A model generated the notes under the pieces. The model was not told the origin of the DNA, did not search any database, and was given only the letters and a program-made list of their open reading frames with translations. From the human T2T-CHM13v2.0 reference genome, Homo sapiens: a DNA stretch of 64,000 nucleotides. Location: assembly GCF_009914755.1 (NCBI RefSeq), contig NC_060931.1; one strand, written 5' to 3'. Each line of letters begins with the position of its first letter. Position 1 is the first letter of the stretch. Shown in pieces: positions 49,461-64,000 of this stretch. Both the position numbers and the translations under genes were made by a program.

Positions 49461-51585
49461 TCCTGCAACTTCTCAGCATCCCCTCTATGTCTTTTCCCCA
49501 AAAACTTACTTCCGTAACTGCCCAGATATCCCAAGAATTCTTAAAGCACTGGTCTTACAAGAAACTTTCACAGATATGATATAAGACACATGTATTCCAT
49601 AGTGAACAGGAGAGAGAGAAGGCAGCAATTATTCTTACCATTTGACATAGAAGGGAAAATGGCCAGAGAAAGTATAATCAACTGTCTCCAGGGGTACACA
49701 GAAAATTAAGGGTGGAAGTGAGAAAGATTCCAAGTTTCCCTATCCTGTTAGTCCAACTATATCCAGCTGCCCCTTCCAGTGACCTGAAAGGTCAACTACT
49801 CAGAAGTCCTAAAATGATTATACCTGCTTCTTTTTAACTGGTGGCAAAAAAAATAGACTCACTGAACTTCAGTTGTACTGGGTTCCTAATCATGACACAC
49901 TCCTCCCTGTGTTCACGTCCTTGTCTTTCCTCATAGTAAAGCAAAACTCAGAAAGGTAGATAATGCCAAGTGTCAGCAGAGAATGAGGAGATAGGGGAAC
50001 CATTAAGCACTGCTACTGGGAACATATAAATAGGTGTAGCCATTTGGAGAACAATCTGGCATTTCTTAGTCAAATTAATTATATACAGACCCTTTGACCC
50101 AGCACCTCCACAATTGAAAATGATGGTAAGAGAGACCATTTCCATCCATGGATTTCTAGGCCAGTACAGTTTAGCTATCAAGAACACAGAAACATTTAAT
50201 AACCATTATTTCAAAATATGTGTCACATCTTGAAAGACATCACCATAACCCTAAAGGGTGTGACCCCCAAGTGGTCTCCTCAGCCGCTTATTTATGAGAT
50301 TTTTCCAGCATGCTATAAGGCCAGTGGTTTCCTGGTGATAGAGTTATAAAAAAAGAAAAACAGTAGATTCCTTGATTATGTGTCCATTATGGCAACTGTA
50401 TCATTTAAGAAAAAGGTTCTCTTGGTCCATAAAGATGTTACATGGGATCCCATGTCTAGAAACCAGATATTCTGTGGGCCTTCAGATAGCAGAGCTGTCC
50501 AAAATACTGTAGGCAGGAAAGATACATCTATAGCTAGAATATATATCATTCTCAGTAAAGATAAACTGCTGCCCCTTCTAAGGTCAAAGAGATTCAATAT
50601 AATCATTGTTTTGTAAAATGGTTGGTTCATCTCCTTGAGACATAGTACCCTATTGAAGTCCCAGCCTTAATCTCTGTTGCTGAAGGGTCGGCAGCAGTAA
50701 TACCTAAATCACTTTTGGTGAGAGGGAATCCTTACTATTGGGTATATGCATAATATCAATCACTGCCTCATTAGCCATTAAACAAGCATTGGAGAAGCTA
50801 AGGACATCCATTGAACCAGTCCTCCTGTGTTCCTAATTGTTTGCTCTCTCCTCTGTGTCAGATACTTTCTTATGAGCACCAACATGAGACACAAAGATCC
50901 ACTTTGTGTTCACATCCAGAGGTTCATTCAGATGGCCTTCTTAACTGGTGGCAAAAAAATAGACTTAAAAAAAATAGAATTTCAGGCAGACATCCCTGTG
51001 CAAAATATTAATATTCTTGTTCCTACCAGATTCCTGACCGGGCAGAGCCAAGAGATCTCCCACCGCTCAAGCATCCAGGTATCCTGTTTATGACCAGTTG
51101 TGCTGCTTGTAGCACTGCCTACCAAGAGTATTTTCACCAAGCCATGCTCCTCTAGGACACTCCTGAGTAAAATTTTAGTGTGGTAATAGTCCACCATTGG
51201 CTCATAACAACAAATTGAGCCTATCTGTGAATCACATTTTTGTTTTGCCCCTCTAAAACCTGGTCATAGGAACACCCCATGAGGCTGTAAGTACAGTCTA
51301 AAGGAGCAGTGTTAGTTCTGCAGATGTAGTTCATATGGAGTTTGAACCACTGTCTTCTGTTACTGAGGGCCTCTGGATCAGGTTGAGTCCAACCTCAACT
51401 GCACCATTTCCATTGTGTGATGGATTTGTGCTGTACCCACTAAATTTATAATTTGTGGGTCTGCCAGTACAGGTCATGATGAGCAGTTCTGGCCCCATAG
51501 CCACTTGATGTTTCATGGTCAGCTATTGGGTCTCTACAGAATCCATGGCCATGCCATGTGCTCCTTTTCTAAAAAATAGTTCTCT

Positions 51586-52301
51586 CACTTTTACACTGCT
51601 GGTGGGAATGTAAACTAGTACAACCACTGTAGAAAACAGTGTGGAGATTCCTTAAGGAACTAAAAGTAGATCTACCATTTGATCCAGCAATCCCACTACC
51701 AGGTATCTACCCAGAGGAAAAGAAGTCATTATACGAAAAAGATACTTGCACACGCATGTTTACAGCAGCACAATTCATAATTGCAAAATCATGGAACCAA
51801 CCCAAATGCCCATCAGTCAACTAGTGGATAAAGAAAATGTGGTATATATACATATATATATGTGTGTGTGTGTGTGTGTGTATATATATGTATATATATG
51901 TGTGTATATATGTATATATATGTGTGTGTGTGTATATATATACACCATGGAATACTACTCAGCCATAACAAGGAATGAAATAACAGCATTTTCAGCAACC
52001 TGGATGGAATTGGAGACCATTATTCTAAGTGAAGTAACTCAGGAATGGAAAACCAAACAATATGTGTTCTCACTCATAAGCAGGAGCTAAGCTATGAGGA
52101 CGCAAAGGCGTAAGAATGATACAATGGACTTTGGGGACTCGAGAGAAAGTGTGGGAAATGGGGTGAGGGATAAAAGACTATGCATTGGGTACGGGTACAC
52201 TGCTCGGGTGATGGAAGCATTAAAATCTCAGAAATCACCAATAAATAACTTATTAACATCACCAAACACCACCTGTTCCCCAAAAACCTGTTGAATAAAA
52301 A
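51586..52301 (+). mobile_element. L1PB-like 3' fragment
   Basis: ORF2 C-terminus ([19 protein letters not shown]), internal (TA/TG)n at 51843-51942, 3' UTR. Confidence 0.92.
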
Positions 52302-52397
52302 TGTAATCACAATTCTATGATCACATCTTTAATAATCATTCCTAAGGCTGTCAAATATCCAGTCAATGTTCAGATTTCTCAGATTGTTTTGTAGGGG

Positions 52398-52399
52398 TG

Positions 52400-52440
<41 letters not shown>
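52398..52440. repeat. (TG)n microsatellite
   Basis: About 21 TG units with one interruption. Confidence 0.95.
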
Positions 52441-53902
52441 TTGACATATGATTCAAATAAAGTTGATGGTCTTCTAGATCTTTAAAGAGCCATAAATAAA
52501 TAAATAAATAATAAAGTTCTCTGCTATAGAGGGCATGGCTTTGTTTCAGAAGCCTACTGGTCTACCCAGCATCTCTCTCCCTGGGACTTACTAGAGACGA
52601 TGCTCAGCATAATTAACCTACCATGACCTCTGTAATTCCATAGGACCTGCCAGGTGATATGGCCAAAATAAAGGACAGCTTAAATCAAAGTTTAAACTTG
52701 CTGCAGAGCATATTTATTTATTATTTATTTTTGCTCTAGATACCACTCTAAACTGGTATCTGTGAGTCAGCCTATAAAGCAACTGAATATATCGTTGTCA
52801 AGTGAAGTAAATGCTGCCTCCAAAATTTAAGCTTCTGGGGTCATGAATTTTGGGCACAGTTTTGCACCTCTTTTTTAATGATAGGTTGTTCAAGGTACAA
52901 CACTGAGCCTTAAAATCTTCACTGATGTGGTAGGCCCTTAAATATTTTCACTGTGCGTGTGTCTTGCTAGGATATCTAGAGTACTTGCCACTTTCTGCTC
53001 ATCGGATCCAACTAACACAATATCATCAATGTATGAACCAGTATTCTATCCTGTGGATGTCAGGAGGATCAAGGGAGCCATATTATAATAAAGTTAATAT
53101 AGTCTCAAGGTAGAACTGTGAATGTATGTGACTGTCCATCTAGGTGAGTGTAAACTACTCTTATTTTTTTTCTGATGGGAATTGAAAAAAACAGCATTCC
53201 TCAGATTAATAGCTGCATGCCAAACACCAGAGACTGTGTTGACTGTTTTTGTAAAGATATCACATCGGACACAGCAGCTGTCAGTGGAGCTTTTTTAATA
53301 GTTTACAGTAGCCCCCCATGGTCTGTTTTCATCTATTTAATTTTGTGTGAGACAGACTGCTGAAATAATGGAGCTATAAAGCAGACCACCGCATGTGCAT
53401 CCTTTAATTGTTTAAGAGTAGCACTTATCTCTATCATTCCAGTAGGAGGAATTGTGACTTACTCTCTTGGCTGCAGGATGCAATTTCACAGGGTTCCATT
53501 TGGCCTTTTGAATCATAATAGTGATTGCTCCATAAGTCAGGGAATAGATATGAAAGTTCTGCATCTGTAGATTATATTCTTCTCAGTTATGCATTCAGGT
53601 GTCAGAGAAATGACCACAGGATGAGAAAAAAAAATGTACTCGCTGTGAAATGGACTTAGACTGCTACCCTATTTATTTATCAACTGGCTTCCATTAACTC
53701 TACCCTACCATTGAGGCCATAATGAAATTTTGGTGTCAGTCTCAGCTGAGAGCCATATCTAATATCACGAAAAAAGATTTGGGCATTTCTCATTCCCAGA
53801 TACTGTTATTCTAGTAAATGGCCATAAGTCTCTTTGGAGAAAGATCAAAGGGATCTTTTCATACACTAGAAACATGCTGTGTTATTGCATGGTCCTTCTT
53901 CA

Positions 53903-54261
<359 letters not shown>

Positions 54262-55036
54262 AATAGGTCATGCTTCTGAAAACTAACTCTGGTCTGCAAA
54301 GTAGGTGAAAAATTGTGACTTTCCTTTATATTTACCAGTATTAGCTTTCTGCTTATTCAATATTGAACTTTTTGTATATTTAAGTCATACAATTCAATAT
54401 TACCTCTCCATTTATATTTCTCCTAAGAACATCATGGTCTATTAGCCATTACCAAATATCCCTGTGGGCCAAAACCTCCAGGTTGTAATTTTTGCTTGTT
54501 TTTGCTGCTTTGTAGTTTTTGTCTATTTTGCGATTGCAGCCTATTTTTGCTCTTTCGGAATTGTGGTCACGGTAACTATGTCCCCTTTTGCCTCCAACAC
54601 TGTAGTGGCAATAGTAGGCCTCTACTGGCCCAGTATCCTATAATCCCCCTTTGCTGCATAGGAACCCTACTTCATAGAGGCATTGCCTACCCAACTCCAA
54701 CCTAGAGAGGACAGTTACCACCAAAACTGTCAGCAATTCCAGGGGCTCTCTCACCAGTACATTCCTTACTTAACTACTGAAGTGTACATATTCTGAGATT
54801 TCTCAGGTAATAAAGCCACCTGATTGGTTTTCTGGCCTTATATAGTACAGCCATTCTGACTTGCACATCTAATTATCTTGAATCTTTCCTTAGTACTATG
54901 CCAGAATAGTTTGAGCCTCTCCACATAATTTTCCTTAGCACACAATATTCCCAAACTTCATAAAGCCAATCCAGAGGAAGGAGCTCCAGGCATCCTTTGT
55001 CAAGAACTTAAATCCTGGGCAAAGGGAGAGTGCCTC

Positions 55037-55601
55037 TGTGGTAGGCAGCTTCTAAGATTCCCAATGATCCCTGCCTCCTGGTGTTCATGCCACTCTGTAA
55101 TCTCCTTCTTGAGATTAGGCTGAAACTATTAATACGACTTGCTTCCAACTGATAGAATTCAGCAAAGATGATGAAATGTGCTTATGTATAAGATTACATA
55201 AGGTGGCGACTTTCACCTTCTAATAGACTCTCTCCCTTGCTAGGTTGGATGAAGCAAACTACCATTCTGGAAAGACCCAGATGGCAAGAAATTGAAGGTG
55301 GCCTCTAACCAACAGCTAGCAAGGAACTGAGGCCCTCAGTCCAAAACCCACAGGGAACTGAATGCTGCCAACAACCATGTGGGCTTGGAAACATGCCCTT
55401 CCATCATTAAGCCTTCAGAAAGAACGTATCCCTGGCAAACACCTGGATTGTAGCCTGTGAAAAATGCTGAAGCAGAGGACCCAGTTAATCTGTGCCCAAA
55501 ATTCTTGACCCCAGAAACTGAAAGATAATAAATGTGTGTGCATGTTTTTTAAGGCACTGCATTTGTGGTAATTCATTATGCACCAATAGATAACTAATAC
55601 A
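55037..55601 (+). mobile_element. MLT1 (E/F-like) MaLR solo LTR
   Basis: TGTGGTAGGCAGC...AGATAACTAATACA with 5-bp TSD GCCTC (55032-55036, 55602-55606). Confidence 0.9.
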
Positions 55602-55634
55602 GCCTCTGTGTCAATAAATTCTAATTCATCTTTT

Positions 55635-61787
<6,153 letters not shown>

Positions 61788-62392
61788 TCTAATTAATCTT
61801 TTATTGTGTTTTCTATGATTCAAAATAGTCAAAATCCATTCCCAGGCATCTTCACCTCATTCCTGTTAATAAAATTTAGCCAGCACTTTGGTGAGTCATC
61901 TTTTCCTTTCCATTACAGGGATAGTCCTTCCTTTCTTTGGTCACACTGATACTTGGCCCTAGCGATTGTCTAAAATCAATGGGTTGAAAGACATGGGCAA
62001 ATTTCAAGAACAAGGTAAAACATTATCTCAGATGAGGTCTATGCATGTTCTCCATGCAAAGAAAGTTTGCTCTTTTCTAGCAAACTTTAAAGATTCAGGG
62101 AACCTGGAGATTCAACGTTCTTATGTGCGTCTATCCAAATCTCCTAATCCCAATCCCTAGAATACATTTAGTCCTCACAAAGGTCCTAACTTTATCACAG
62201 GAATCTTTGCTAAGGCTGTGAATTCAATCCTTTTTAAATATGCCACCATTACTATGAAATCTTAGGCCTGACTTAGTATCACTGATTTTCTGTAGGTGTA
62301 CTGAAAATTGCAAGAGGTGAGAATTTTTTAAACTGCCTTGAAGACCTTCTGACTTTGAAACTATATTTTGAGTTGATCATTGACATATCTGA

Positions 62393-62728
<336 letters not shown>

Positions 62729-62859
62729 TTCTTCTGGGTTTCTATAACCAATCACAGCAGTCATCCAGTGCCCCAACCCTTATAATTATTCTTACTTATA
62801 ATTATCCATGTTTTAATAAAACACTACAGATACCTCATTCCAACCTATCCAAAGTTAAG

Positions 62860-63922
62860 GTTTTTTTAGTTCAATATATCCCTGCTTGTCTATTTTTGTT
62901 TTTGTTGCTGTGCTTTTCTTGTCTTATCTAAGAAATTGTTGTTAATGCCTATATCAAGAAGTTTCTTCTCTGTGTTTTCTTCTAGGAGTTCTATAGTTTC
63001 ATGTCTTATGTTTAAATCTTTAATGTATTTTAACCTACTTTGAGTTGATTTTTGTGTATGGTGTAAAATAATATTTCAGTTTTATTCTTTTGCCTATGAA
63101 CATTCAATTTTCTCAACACAATGTGTTGAAGAGACTATCCTTTATCCATTATGTATTCTTGGTGCCCATGTCACAGATCAGTTGACCATACCTGAGTAGG
63201 TTTATGTCTGGGTTCTCTATCCTGTTACATTGGTCTATGTGTATATCTTTATGCCAATATCATGTAGTTTTAATTACTGAAGCTTTGTAATATATTTTGA
63301 AATCACGAAGTATGATACCTTCAGCTTTGTTCTTTCTCAAGATCACTTTGGCTGTTTGGGATCTTTTGTGTTTCCATATAAATTTTTAGATCATTTTCTC
63401 TATTTTTATTAAAAATGCCATTGGGGTTGAATGGGGATAGCTTGAATCCATATATTGCTTTGGATAGTATGGATATTTTAACAACACTAAGTCTTCCAAT
63501 CCATGAACACAGGATGTTTTTCCATTTATTTGTGTCTTCTTTAGTTTTATTCATCAATGTTTTGGTGTGTGTGTATGTCCTTTACCTTCTTGGTTTGGTT
63601 TATTTCTATTTTATTGTCTTTGATGCTTTTGTAAACGGAATTGTTTTCTTAATTTCCTTTTCAGGTGGTTCATTGTTAGTATATAGAAACTCAACAAATT
63701 TTCATAGGTGAATTTTGTATCCTGTAACTTTAATGAATTTGTTTATTCATTCTAAGTTTTTTGGAAGTGTCTTTGGGATTTTCTACACACAGTATCATGT
63801 CATCTATGAGCAAAGATACTTTTACTTCTTCTTTTCTGATTTCATTTGAATGCCTTGTGATTTGATTTACATGCTTTGTATTTCTTTTTCTTGCCTAATT
63901 GACCTTGTTAGAACTTCCAGTA
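62860..63922 (-). mobile_element. L1M ORF2 fragment
   Basis: Minus-strand peptide [26 protein letters not shown], diverged. Confidence 0.88.
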
Positions 63923-64000
63923 CTGTATTAATCCATTTTCACATTGCTATAAAGACCTATCTGAGACTGGGTAATTTATGAAGAAAATAGGTTTAATTGA
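63923..64000 (-). mobile_element. THE1/MST MaLR LTR end (cut by window edge)
   Basis: TGTATTAATCCATTTTCACATTGCTATAAAGAC...CTGAGACTGGGTAATTTAT. Confidence 0.85.

Overview
Primate (by PIP protein identity most likely human, 7q34) genomic DNA that is mostly transposable elements. The only intact gene is PIP (prolactin-induced protein / GCDFP-15): + strand, 4 coding exons, 27534-35063, 146 aa. About 8 kb downstream is a second, divergent 4-exon PIP-like gene copy (42875-~49460) in the same orientation. It has the same exon phases, a signal peptide and a homologous promoter. It carries a single 1-nt frameshift in a (TG)5 run, a CAG>CGG acceptor change and an AATAAA>CATAAA change. The ORF track does not show it as a gene, and it is the main item worth following up. 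The rest is a deleted-type HERV-H provirus with a tRNA-Phe-like PBS (534-5921), a 5'-truncated L1PA (8777-12869), a pile of nested ERV1/ERVL/ERVK LTRs (7-24 kb), a decayed ERV-L internal region (50-55 and 62 kb), a full-length L1PA (55635-61787, minus strand) and many Alus. Repeat subfamily names come from remembered consensus sequences and need RepeatMasker/Dfam confirmation. Boundaries without a stated TSD are approximate.
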